Shown here piece after piece: positions 46,528 to 54,895 of a stretch of 64,000 nt of DNA (its first letter is position 1; each line of letters begins with the position of its first letter). The notes under the pieces were generated by a model. The model saw nothing but the letters and a program-made list of their open reading frames with translations, made no database searches and was not told the origin of the DNA. The stretch spans positions 98,586 to 162,585 of the forward strand of contig JAHBXX010000002.1 of NCBI GenBank assembly GCA_019636245.1, read 5' to 3'. The DNA is from Planctomycetota bacterium. Lineage in GTDB: Bacteria > Planctomycetota > UBA1135 > UBA2386. The position numbers and the translations under genes are program-made.

Positions 46528-47283
46528 TCAGTTCTTTGCCGCAGGGGCCGGCGGCAGGAACTCGCCGAGGAACTGCGGCAGCATCCGGCGCCAGGTCACC
46601 CAGTCGTGGCGCCAGCTCTGGTCCCAGGCGTCGACGCGATTGGGGATGCCCTTGGGTCCGAGCACGCGCTCGACCTTCCAGCTCTGGTCGGGGTCCTCGT
46701 AGGCGCCCTGGCCGTGCGCCAGCAGGATGTGGCGTTGGCGCAGCAGGTCGAGGTGCTTGCCCTGCAGGTGCGGCACGAAGTCGAGCGGGCTGCTCTGGAA
46801 GTAGTCGTGGTTGATCCGCCCCTCGAGGAAGCGGTTCATGTTGTAGGTGCCGGAGAGGCAGATCGCGCGTGCGAACACATCGGGATGCCGGCAGACCAGC
46901 GCCAGCGCGTTGAACGCGCCGATCGACGCGCCCGCCGTCCAGATCAGGCCGCCGTCGCCGCCGCAGTCGCGGTGGATCGCCGGGACCACTTCGCGATAGA
47001 GGCACTGGTCGAACTTGTTCTGCACCGCCGCGGCTTCCTCGAGTGTCTTGCACTCCTTCAGCCACGCCTGGCCGGCGATCGAGTCGACGCAGTAGACCTT
47101 GAGCCGCAGGTCCTCGAGGAACTCGCCGATCGCGCTGATCAGGTGGAAGCGCTCGGGCTCCTCGGCGTCGCCGCCGGCGGTCGGGAACAACAAGAGGGGC
47201 GTGCCGCTGACGCCGTAGCGGACGAAGTTGATCTCGCGGCCGCCGAGCGACGGCGACCTCCAGCTGACCTTGTGCTTGCTCAC
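46528..47283 (-). CDS. Alpha/beta-hydrolase, putative esterase family (esterase D-like)
   Basis: PLLLFPTAGGD is present, with nucleophile elbow GASIGAFNA and RHDWVTWRRMLPQFL near the C-terminus. GTG 47283 overlaps the upstream TGA (GTGA). No signal peptide. Confidence 0.7.
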   Translation of the reverse strand: MSKHKVSWRSPSLGGREINFVRYGVSGTPLLLFPTAGGDAEEPERFHLISAIGEFLEDLRLKVYCVDSIAGQAWLKECKTLEEAAAVQNKFDQCLYREVVPAIHRDCGGDGGLIWTAGASIGAFNALALVCRHPDVFARAICLSGTYNMNRFLEGRINHDYFQSSPLDFVPHLQGKHLDLLRQRHILLAHGQGAYEDPDQSWKVERVLGPKGIPNRVDAWDQSWRHDWVTWRRMLPQFLGEFLPPAPAAKN

Positions 47284-48527
47284 TGCCTCGACTCCTTCTC
47301 GCTGTCGCTGACGTACTTCTGCACCAGCGCGAAGAACCGGGTCGAGAACTCGTCGACCTCGTGCGCCGGATACATGTTGGCCACCTTGCGCCTGATCGCG
47401 TCGCGGCAGCGATCGCTGCGGAACCAGTTGCGCGCCGCCTCCTCGAGCGGGCCGAAGTGCTTCTGGCAGAACTCGGCGAACTTCTCGGCGTCGAGCCGCT
47501 CGCGGGCGATCCGGGCGTAGCCCTTCAGCTTCTCGCGGTACGGCAGGTCCTTGCGGGCGATCGCGTAGTAGGGCTCGAAGTCGAGCGTCTTCCGCATCGG
47601 CCGCCTGGTCGCGGCGCAGAACAGTGCCCACTTCAGGTTGCTGGTCACGTACCACGGCCAGTGGTAGTGGATCGAGTTGACCTGGTTGTCCGGGCAGGGG
47701 TTGGCGAAGTCGATCGGGTGGAACACGCCGTCCTTGCGCAGCGCCTCGACGCTGTTGAAGTCCCAGCCGAAGAACGTGTTGATCAGCAGGCAGGTGTCGA
47801 CCATGACCTGCTCGTCCTCGGGGCTGCAGAAGTTGCGGTCGGGCAGGTAGCGGCCGTGCAGCGGCTGGCTGGCGTCGTACTTGATGACGCGCACCTGCGG
47901 CCCGATGCCGACGGCGCGCACGAACAGGTCGAAGCCGGCCACGGCCCGCTGCACGTGCATCAGCCACTTCTCGCTCTTCTCGTAGCTGTCGCGCAGCTGC
48001 GCCTCGTCGTCGATCTTGGTGACGCCCTGCCAGCCGCCGCCGTCGTAGGGCTTCATGAACAGCGGATAGCCGATCTGCGCGCCGACCTTGCCGAGGTCGA
48101 ACAGCCGCGCGTAGGCCTTCAGCGTGTAGTCGAGGTCGGGCTTCGGCTCGTAGTTCTTCTGCGGCACCATCATGGTCGGCGGCACGGGCATGCCGAGCGC
48201 CGTCATCGCGCAGTAGGACGAGTGCTTCTCGTAGCTCTGCACCGACCAGGGGTTGTTGTAGACGTACAACCCGTCCATCAGGATGCACTTCTTGATCCAC
48301 TCGCGCTGGATCGCGAGCCAGTGCGTCAGGCGGTCGACGACGAGGTCGTACTTGCAGCCCGGCTGCAGCATGAAGGGCTCGATCGCGACCCGTTCGCAGG
48401 CGAACGAGACCACGTCCTTGCCGATCTTCAGTTCGAGCTTGGCGTCGGCGAGGATCTGCTCGAAGGCCAGCGGCCAGCAGATGTCGGCGCCGAGGGAGAG
48501 TCCGATGTGGCGGGTTACGGCGGGCAT
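47280..48527 (-). CDS. ATP-grasp-like enzyme, unknown substrate
   Basis: IGYPLFMKPYDGGGWQGVTKIDDEAQL, MHVQRAV..DLFVRAVGIG and PIDFANPCPD resemble RimK/glutathione-synthetase-type ATP-grasp motifs. The track ORF is trimmed to ATG 48527. The assignment is by motif only. Confidence 0.55.
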   Translation of the reverse strand: MPAVTRHIGLSLGADICWPLAFEQILADAKLELKIGKDVVSFACERVAIEPFMLQPGCKYDLVVDRLTHWLAIQREWIKKCILMDGLYVYNNPWSVQSYEKHSSYCAMTALGMPVPPTMMVPQKNYEPKPDLDYTLKAYARLFDLGKVGAQIGYPLFMKPYDGGGWQGVTKIDDEAQLRDSYEKSEKWLMHVQRAVAGFDLFVRAVGIGPQVRVIKYDASQPLHGRYLPDRNFCSPEDEQVMVDTCLLINTFFGWDFNSVEALRKDGVFHPIDFANPCPDNQVNSIHYHWPWYVTSNLKWALFCAATRRPMRKTLDFEPYYAIARKDLPYREKLKGYARIARERLDAEKFAEFCQKHFGPLEEAARNWFRSDRCRDAIRRKVANMYPAHEVDEFSTRFFALVQKYVSDSEKESRQ

Positions 48528-48741
48528 GGGGAGGCGGCGCAGCACTATGCCGGGACGGCGCCGGCGGAGCCAGAGTCGCCCTGGTCCCGGTACGGGGCCG
48601 CCGCGGCCGACCCGATGCCGCCCCGGCCGGCAATGCATGCCACCGACGACACCCGGTGCGGCCGCGCGGTGTCGGGGTCGCGCGGCGGCGATCGCCGGCC
48701 CCGGCTCGGGCCCCCGACCCGAGCCGGGGCGGCTCGGTCGG

Positions 48742-50715
48742 CTACTGCGGGTAGGTCGTGCTCAGGACGCCGTTGCTGAGCAGGAACCCGCCACTCTCGC
48801 CGTTGGCCAGCGGGAAGGCCGCGTCGAACAGCGCCACGGCCTGCGCAGCGATCACGTTGCCCGGCGCGAAGAACATGCTGTCGTAGTCGAAGGTCCAGGA
48901 CAACGTGGGCGCGACGTTGACGCCGGCGCCAAGGTCGAGGTCGAGCGTGGCGACGTAGGCCTTGCAGCCCGGCACCGTGGTCAGGATGCCCGCCACGTCG
49001 AATCCGCCGGGCAGCGGGTTCACGCTCAGGAACATCGTGCCGAGATGGATGCCCGATCCGGGCAGGAACTCGGGCACGTTGTTCGCCGTGTAGGTCACCA
49101 CCGTGCTCGGATTGATCACCGGGTGCGGCGCAGCCGACAGCGTCATCAGCAACGTGTCGTCGGGCCTGAGCACGAAGGGCGTCACCGCCGACAGCGCCTG
49201 CGAGACCGGGACCGGGCCGGCGCCGGCCAGCGTGCAGCCGACCAGCATGTCGCTCGTCGAGTTGCTGCTCGACATCGAGACCCACACCATCGTGACCGTG
49301 CCGGTCGCCTGGTCGAGCTGCCACTGGAAGGTGCTCGGCGCCACCGTCGGCGTGCCGGTGGCGCACTCGACGCCGTCGAACGTCACGTAGAGCACGCCGC
49401 CGACTTCCTCCCATTTGACCTTGCCGCTGCCGGCCTCGGTGGGGTTCTGGCTGAACCAGGTGTAGAAGCCCAGGCCGAGCGCGCTCGCCGTCTCCGCCAG
49501 GGTCGGCGTCGTGTCGGTGCCCTCGTTGCCGACCGAGCCCGCCGTCAGGATGCCCTCGGACGAAACCGTCCATTGGGTGGCAACCCCGCCTGGCACCGGG
49601 ACTGGCGCAGTCGGCGTGAAGGTCTCGATCACGGTACTGCCGTTCGCGACGATCGTGGCGCCGATGGTTGGCGGCACGTACAGCGCCGCGCCGCCGGCGA
49701 TCCAGGTGGCGACGTAGCCGTTCGCTGTCATGACGAACTGCAGCGCGTTGCCATCCAGTGCCGCCTTCGCACTCGGGATGTCGGCGAAGAACTGGAACAG
49801 GCTCGAGTTGTCCGAGACGAGGTAGTCGTGGCAGCCGGCGCCGAGCCTGCGGTTGCAGGCGGTCTGGTTGGTGTATGGAGCGATGTGGTAGCTCTGGCCC
49901 GACGCGACCAGCGTCGAGGTCATCGAGCTCATGTCGTACACCCACGCGCCGGTGCCGTTGGTCCACAGCAGGTTGCCGTTCTGCAGCTCGTAGACGCCGC
50001 GTGGCCCGGAGGCGGTGATCGTGCTCAGGATCGCCCCGGAGGTCGCGTCGAGCTTGTAGATGCCCTGCGTGGTCGAGAACCCCGCGACCCAGACGTTGCC
50101 GTCGGAAGCCGGCGAGATCTGATGCGCGAACCCGATCGTGCCCGAGTTGTGGAACGTTCCGACCGAGGCGCCGGAGGTGGTGAAGCGACGCACGTCGTCA
50201 CCGCCGCTGCTCCCGGTCACGAGCAGATCGCCGAGCCAGGGGATGATCGAGTACGGCGACTGCAGCCCGGTCAGCGGGTAGGTCGCCAGCCAGTTGCCGG
50301 CAGTGTCGAACGTGACCAGCGAGTCGGCGGTGGCCCCGTTGAGGTTGCCGTCGTTGGCGACGTAGACGATGCCCCCGATCAGGTTCAGGCCGCGGATGTT
50401 GTCGAGTCCACCGCCCGGGAACGTCGGGCCGATGACTCCGAGCACGTCGCCACAGGCCGAGTAGCGGACGATGCGGTCGGTGGTCTGTTCGGTGACCCAG
50501 ACCTCGCCGTTGACACCGATCGCGCCGACCCGGGCGCCGCCCCCGTCGAGCATGGGCGTGAAACCGGCATCGACCAGGCTGCCATCGACCGGGTCGAAGG
50601 CGGCGACGTGCAGGCTGGTGGTGTTGGGTACGATCAGGAGCTGCTGGGCAGTGGCAGGCATCGCGACCGCCAGCGCTGCAACCAGCAGAGGGGCATGGGA
50701 AGTGGCGTGGAGCAT
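48742..50715 (-). CDS. Secreted protein: N-terminal beta-propeller-like region + uncharacterised C-terminal domains
   Basis: The signal peptide is MLHATSHAPLLVAALAVAMPATAQ. NHL/SMP30-like blades are visible (GEVWVTEQTTDRIVRY, GIVYVANDGN, GNVWVAGFST, GNLLWTNGTG). The C-terminal ~130 aa are paralogous to the C-terminus of the 56245..57378 product. Confidence 0.7.
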   Translation of the reverse strand: MLHATSHAPLLVAALAVAMPATAQQLLIVPNTTSLHVAAFDPVDGSLVDAGFTPMLDGGGARVGAIGVNGEVWVTEQTTDRIVRYSACGDVLGVIGPTFPGGGLDNIRGLNLIGGIVYVANDGNLNGATADSLVTFDTAGNWLATYPLTGLQSPYSIIPWLGDLLVTGSSGGDDVRRFTTSGASVGTFHNSGTIGFAHQISPASDGNVWVAGFSTTQGIYKLDATSGAILSTITASGPRGVYELQNGNLLWTNGTGAWVYDMSSMTSTLVASGQSYHIAPYTNQTACNRRLGAGCHDYLVSDNSSLFQFFADIPSAKAALDGNALQFVMTANGYVATWIAGGAALYVPPTIGATIVANGSTVIETFTPTAPVPVPGGVATQWTVSSEGILTAGSVGNEGTDTTPTLAETASALGLGFYTWFSQNPTEAGSGKVKWEEVGGVLYVTFDGVECATGTPTVAPSTFQWQLDQATGTVTMVWVSMSSSNSTSDMLVGCTLAGAGPVPVSQALSAVTPFVLRPDDTLLMTLSAAPHPVINPSTVVTYTANNVPEFLPGSGIHLGTMFLSVNPLPGGFDVAGILTTVPGCKAYVATLDLDLGAGVNVAPTLSWTFDYDSMFFAPGNVIAAQAVALFDAAFPLANGESGGFLLSNGVLSTTYPQ

Positions 50716-50882
50716 GTGGCGTGGAGCGGGTCAGGGGTCGGAGGGAGTGCGCACCGCGGGGGGGCAGTGGATGCGACACCATACGCAACAAGCCGATCGG
50801 GCTGTCGACGATTGGCCGGACCGACGGCGGAGCCACCGGACGACCCGACCTGATGCGGCCAGGCGCATGGCGATCCGCCCCC

Positions 50883-52031
50883 CTACTCGTAGACGAGCCA
50901 CAGCGGGCCCGGGAACAGCCAGCTCAGCCCCTCGCGCAGCCGGTCGCGCCAGTTCTCCCAGTTGTGGCCGTCGTTGGCCTCGCGGAAGCGGACCTGCATG
51001 CCCGTCTCCTGCAGCAGCGGCACCAGCGACCGGTTGTAGTAGATCAGCGATTCGTAGACGCCGCAGCTGACGAACACCGACTCGCTCGGCCGGCCTGGCG
51101 CCCGCCGGAACTCGTTGACGAACTTGACCACCGGATCGAAGACCGGGCCGCGGTCGTGGTCGCCGATCTCGGTGAACACGAACGAACCGGACTGCAGCAG
51201 CAGCTTGCCGAAGTAGCCCGGGTGCCGCCACGCGGTCGACAGCGACGCGACGGCGCCGAAGCTGGCGCCGAGCAGCGCACGCGCCGACGGCTGCGGCACC
51301 AGCGGCAGCAGCCGCTCCATCTGCGGCACCAGGTCCTTGACCAGGAAGTCCGCGTGCCGCGGATCGGCCGCGTACTCGTGCATGCGATCGGGCGACTGCG
51401 TCAGGATCGCCACCAGCGGCGGCAGCTCGAGCCGATGGATCAGGTTGTCGAGCACGGTCTGCAGGTTCGCGAACGACAGGTAGTCGAAGCCGTCGTGGAC
51501 CACCAGCAGCGGATAGCGGCGCGACTCGCGGAAGCGCGCCGGCCGGTAGACCCTGATCGGCCGCCAGTCGCCGAACACCGGACTGTCGACATGGCGATCC
51601 TCGATCGTGCCCTTGCGCGCCTCGGGGTCCTCGACGGTCCAGTCCGGCGGCGCGTAGCCCTCGCCGTAGACGACCGAGTTGGCGCCGAACGGATCGCGCG
51701 CGGTGTGGCGGTTCAGCGGGTCGCGGATCAGCGTGCCGCGGCCGAACATCGCCACGCCGAGCTTGTATTCCATGCGCGACTTCGGCGGCAGGTCGATCTG
51801 CAGCACCCAGCAGTCGGTGTGGTGGATGCGGCGGAACGGCAGCGAGCCGGGCAGGCCGTGGATCCAGTGGTGCAGCGTCACCTCCTGCGCCTCGCCGCAG
51901 AACAGGAACGTCACCGACCGGCCGCGCACGTGCGGGAACTCGGTCGCGGCGACGAAGCGCTGCAGCGCCGCCGGCCCCTCCGCCACCGCGGCCTCGAGCT
52001 GCTGCACGACGTCGACCTCGGTCTCGGTCAC
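50883..52031 (-). CDS. Esterase-family alpha/beta hydrolase with N-terminal Ig-like domain (enterochelin-esterase-like architecture)
   Basis: YPLLVVHDG is present, with nucleophile elbow GASFGAVAS and DGHNWENWRD. The N-terminal ~120 aa beta domain has VTFLFCGEAQEVTL. GTG 52031 overlaps the upstream TGA (GTGA). Confidence 0.72.
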   Translation of the reverse strand: MTETEVDVVQQLEAAVAEGPAALQRFVAATEFPHVRGRSVTFLFCGEAQEVTLHHWIHGLPGSLPFRRIHHTDCWVLQIDLPPKSRMEYKLGVAMFGRGTLIRDPLNRHTARDPFGANSVVYGEGYAPPDWTVEDPEARKGTIEDRHVDSPVFGDWRPIRVYRPARFRESRRYPLLVVHDGFDYLSFANLQTVLDNLIHRLELPPLVAILTQSPDRMHEYAADPRHADFLVKDLVPQMERLLPLVPQPSARALLGASFGAVASLSTAWRHPGYFGKLLLQSGSFVFTEIGDHDRGPVFDPVVKFVNEFRRAPGRPSESVFVSCGVYESLIYYNRSLVPLLQETGMQVRFREANDGHNWENWRDRLREGLSWLFPGPLWLVYE

Positions 52032-52966
52032 GTGCCCACCTCGGCGGTGCCGCCGGCCGTGGTCAGCTGCCGCGTGCCCGGCGCCGGCTGCCAGCGTCCG
52101 GCACGCCAGTCGAGCCGCGCCCCCTTGTCGAGCAGGGCGCAGACCGCCGGTGCGAAGCGCTGCGCCATCAGCTGCACGCGCTCGGCGTCGCCGGTCTGCA
52201 GGCGGTGGCGGGCGTGCGGCAGCGCGACCAGGCCGCGCACGAGGCCGAAACCCGCCTCCATGACCTCGGCGTGCGCGCTGCCCTGCGGCGGGTCGTCGTG
52301 GAACAGCACGATGCGCTCGGTCAGCACCATCGCCCCGGCCGACCAGGCGATCACCGGCCGGTCGCCGTAGAGGCCGAACAGGTCGAACAGGCGCAGGCGG
52401 TGCAGCAGCACGGAGACGTGGCCGCCAGCCACCAGCAAGCACGAAGACGAGGCAAGCCAGCGCTGCAGGTCGCGCCGCTCGCGCTGCACGGCGGCGCGCT
52501 CGCCGGGTCGGTGGCGGTCCTCGAACTCGGCGTGGATCGCCGCCACGCGCCGCTGGTGCTGTTCGTCGAGCACCTTCACCATCGCCATCGCGTCCTCGCG
52601 CTCCGGCGCGAGCAGCGCCTCGTCGCCGGCGCGCCGCATCAGTTCGCGCATCGGTTCGATCAGGCCGCCGAGCCGCAGGCGGTAGAGCTCCTGCACGGCG
52701 CGCAGCCGGTCGTGGCGCTCGCGCATCGCCAGCAGCAGGTCGCGGTCGCGCTCGAAGATGCGCTCGACGCGGCCCCAGACCTCCAGGTTGACGACCGGGC
52801 GCTGCACGTGTTCGCGCAGTTCCTGGTCCTCGCTCTCGCGCTCCTCCCAGCCGGCGGTCACCGCCGCGAGCGGCCGACGGTCGTCGCGCGCCACCAGCGC
52901 CGCGACGGCCTCGCGCACGATCGGCACGTGGCGCTGCGGGCCGAGCAGGATCGCGGAGGACAGCAT
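52028..52966 (-). CDS. Peptidase S51 / cyanophycinase-like (class I glutamine-amidotransferase-like fold) protein with helical insert
   Basis: LLVAGGHVSVLLHRL matches the GG(N/H)xxxLL pattern. VIAWSAGAMVL matches the S51 nucleophile motif xSAGA. ALPHARHR is also present. The central region is charged and helical. The assignment is by motif only. Confidence 0.5.
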   Translation of the reverse strand: MLSSAILLGPQRHVPIVREAVAALVARDDRRPLAAVTAGWEERESEDQELREHVQRPVVNLEVWGRVERIFERDRDLLLAMRERHDRLRAVQELYRLRLGGLIEPMRELMRRAGDEALLAPEREDAMAMVKVLDEQHQRRVAAIHAEFEDRHRPGERAAVQRERRDLQRWLASSSCLLVAGGHVSVLLHRLRLFDLFGLYGDRPVIAWSAGAMVLTERIVLFHDDPPQGSAHAEVMEAGFGLVRGLVALPHARHRLQTGDAERVQLMAQRFAPAVCALLDKGARLDWRAGRWQPAPGTRQLTTAGGTAEVGT

Positions 52967-53045
52967 GGCGGGGCGGTTTCCTTACCCGACCACGCGCGGC
53001 GAGGGAAGCGCGCCGCCCCCGGCGCGGACGGGGACCGCCGCTCCG

Positions 53046-54065
53046 TCACGCCAGGTCGCTGTCGCCGAGCGCGTACCACCAGTCGCGCTGCAGCACCGCC
53101 GCGGTCAGCGGCGAACCGGTCAGCAGGTAGACGAGCCGGCGCTGCAGCCAGTTCGCCGATGGCGTCTTCGCGAACGCGCGCGCCTCGAAGGCCCGCCACT
53201 CGGCCGACCACTCCGGGAACACCGCCACCACACCATGCCGACCGGCCGACCGCGTACGGCCGGCGACGGCGTGCAGCAGCGCATCGGCGGCGGCGGCATC
53301 GTCCTCGCGGGCCAGCCAGTCGGCGACGGTCGCGTGGTCGGGCACCAGCCCCCCGCCGGGCTTGAACACGCACAGCCCGCGCAGCGCACCCGAGCGATCG
53401 CGCGCGGTCCACAGCTCGTAGTCGGCCCGGTTGGGGTTCTGCACGTAGCGCCAGTGCAGGTAGCGGTGGTCGCGCCGCAGCAAGAGGCGCTTCTCGGCGC
53501 GCACCCGTTCGTACAGCGAGCCGACGTCCGGCGGGATCGCGTCGACGCGCGCCAGCTCCAGCCCGGCCGGGGCCGCCGGCGGCGCCAGCGCCGCGTCGCG
53601 GATCAGGAAGTCGATGTCGCGCAGGAAGTGGTACTCGAGGTAGCGCGAGCCGATGCGGAACGCAGCGTCGACCGGGAAGCCGTAGAGCACCGCGTCGCCG
53701 ATGCGGCGGCTGTGGGCGGAGAACGGCAGGCCGGTGATCACGAAGATGCCCGGCCGCTTCAGGCCGCCGCGCCACGCCGGGTGCGTCATCGAGTCGACGC
53801 AGTGGATGAACCGCTGCGGTCCGCTGGGCGTGTCGGCCAGCACCGGCACGCCGGCGTACTGCGACACGACGGTGCCGTCCGGCGCGACCGCCAGCGACAT
53901 GCGGTGCCCCATCGGGTTCTCCAGGTACTGCCAGCGCCACTGCGCGAGCGTGCGGTCGACGTAGCCGGGGCCGCACACCTCGCGGAACACGAGGTTGAAC
54001 GTGGCGAGGATCTGCGCCTCGTCGCCCGGCCGGTACGGCCGGATCGTCAGCTCGGGCAGCGTCAT
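53046..54065 (-). CDS. GNAT-family N-acetyltransferase (two-lobed, Eis-like layout)
   Basis: IRPYRPGDEAQILATFNLVF is present, along with HPAWRGGLKRPG, which looks like an acetyl-CoA pocket Q/RxxGxG/A-type segment. ATG 54065 overlaps the upstream TGA (ATGA). Confidence 0.65.
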   Translation of the reverse strand: MTLPELTIRPYRPGDEAQILATFNLVFREVCGPGYVDRTLAQWRWQYLENPMGHRMSLAVAPDGTVVSQYAGVPVLADTPSGPQRFIHCVDSMTHPAWRGGLKRPGIFVITGLPFSAHSRRIGDAVLYGFPVDAAFRIGSRYLEYHFLRDIDFLIRDAALAPPAAPAGLELARVDAIPPDVGSLYERVRAEKRLLLRRDHRYLHWRYVQNPNRADYELWTARDRSGALRGLCVFKPGGGLVPDHATVADWLAREDDAAAADALLHAVAGRTRSAGRHGVVAVFPEWSAEWRAFEARAFAKTPSANWLQRRLVYLLTGSPLTAAVLQRDWWYALGDSDLA

Positions 54066-54895
54066 GCCGGCAGCCGGCCGCAGAACTCCGTCACCAGCGC
54101 CGTCATCAGGGCCGCGGCGCCGCGGCCGGCGGCGACCACCTCGTCGTGCGACAACAGCTGGTCGGCGATGCCGGCGGCGAGGTTGGTGACCAGCGACAGG
54201 CCGGCGACGCTGGCCCCCATCGCGTTCAGGGCGATCGCCTCGTGCACGGTGCTCATGCCGACGGCGTCGGCGCCGAGCGCGCGCAGCATGCGGACCTCCG
54301 CCGGCGTCTCGTACGACGGGCCGAGCAGGCCGGCGTAGACGCCGGGCCGCAGCCGCTGGCCGCACTGCTGCAGCAGGCTGCGCAGCTTCGGCGCGTAGAC
54401 CCGCGACTGGTCGGGGAAGCGCGGCCCGAACGCCGGCTCGTGGCCGCCGACCAGCGGCGACCGGCCGGTGAGGTTCAGGTGGTCGCTGATCAGCATCAGG
54501 TCGCCCGCCGACAGGTCGTCGGCGATGCCGCCGGCGGCGTTGGTGAGCAGGAAGTGCGGCACGCCGAGCCGGCGCAGCGTGCGCACCGGGCGAACGACCT
54601 CGGCCGGCGTCCAGCCCTCGTAGAGGTGCACGCGGCCGGTCAGGCAGGCGATGGCGCAGCCGGCGACGGTGCCGACGACGAGCGCGCCGCCATGGCCCTC
54701 GACGCGCGGCCGCGGCCAGCCCGGCACGTCGGCGAACGGGATCTCCAAGGGGCGTTCGACGGTGGCGGCGAAGTCGCGCAGGCCGCTGCCGAGCACCAGG
54801 CCGAGGCGCAGGCCCGCCGCCCGTTCGGCGCCGAGGCGGTCGCGCAGGAACGCGACCGCGCGGTCGATGCGCTGCAGTTCGTTGCCGTCGGTCAT
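54062..54895 (-). CDS. Purine nucleoside phosphorylase (trimeric PNP/PunA family)
   Basis: LVLGSGL, EGHGGALVVG, GRVHLYEG, LLTNAAGG, GPSYETPAE and MSTVHEAI are present. ATG 54895 overlaps the nupC stop (ATGA). Confidence 0.9.
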   Translation of the reverse strand: MTDGNELQRIDRAVAFLRDRLGAERAAGLRLGLVLGSGLRDFAATVERPLEIPFADVPGWPRPRVEGHGGALVVGTVAGCAIACLTGRVHLYEGWTPAEVVRPVRTLRRLGVPHFLLTNAAGGIADDLSAGDLMLISDHLNLTGRSPLVGGHEPAFGPRFPDQSRVYAPKLRSLLQQCGQRLRPGVYAGLLGPSYETPAEVRMLRALGADAVGMSTVHEAIALNAMGASVAGLSLVTNLAAGIADQLLSHDEVVAAGRGAAALMTALVTEFCGRLPA

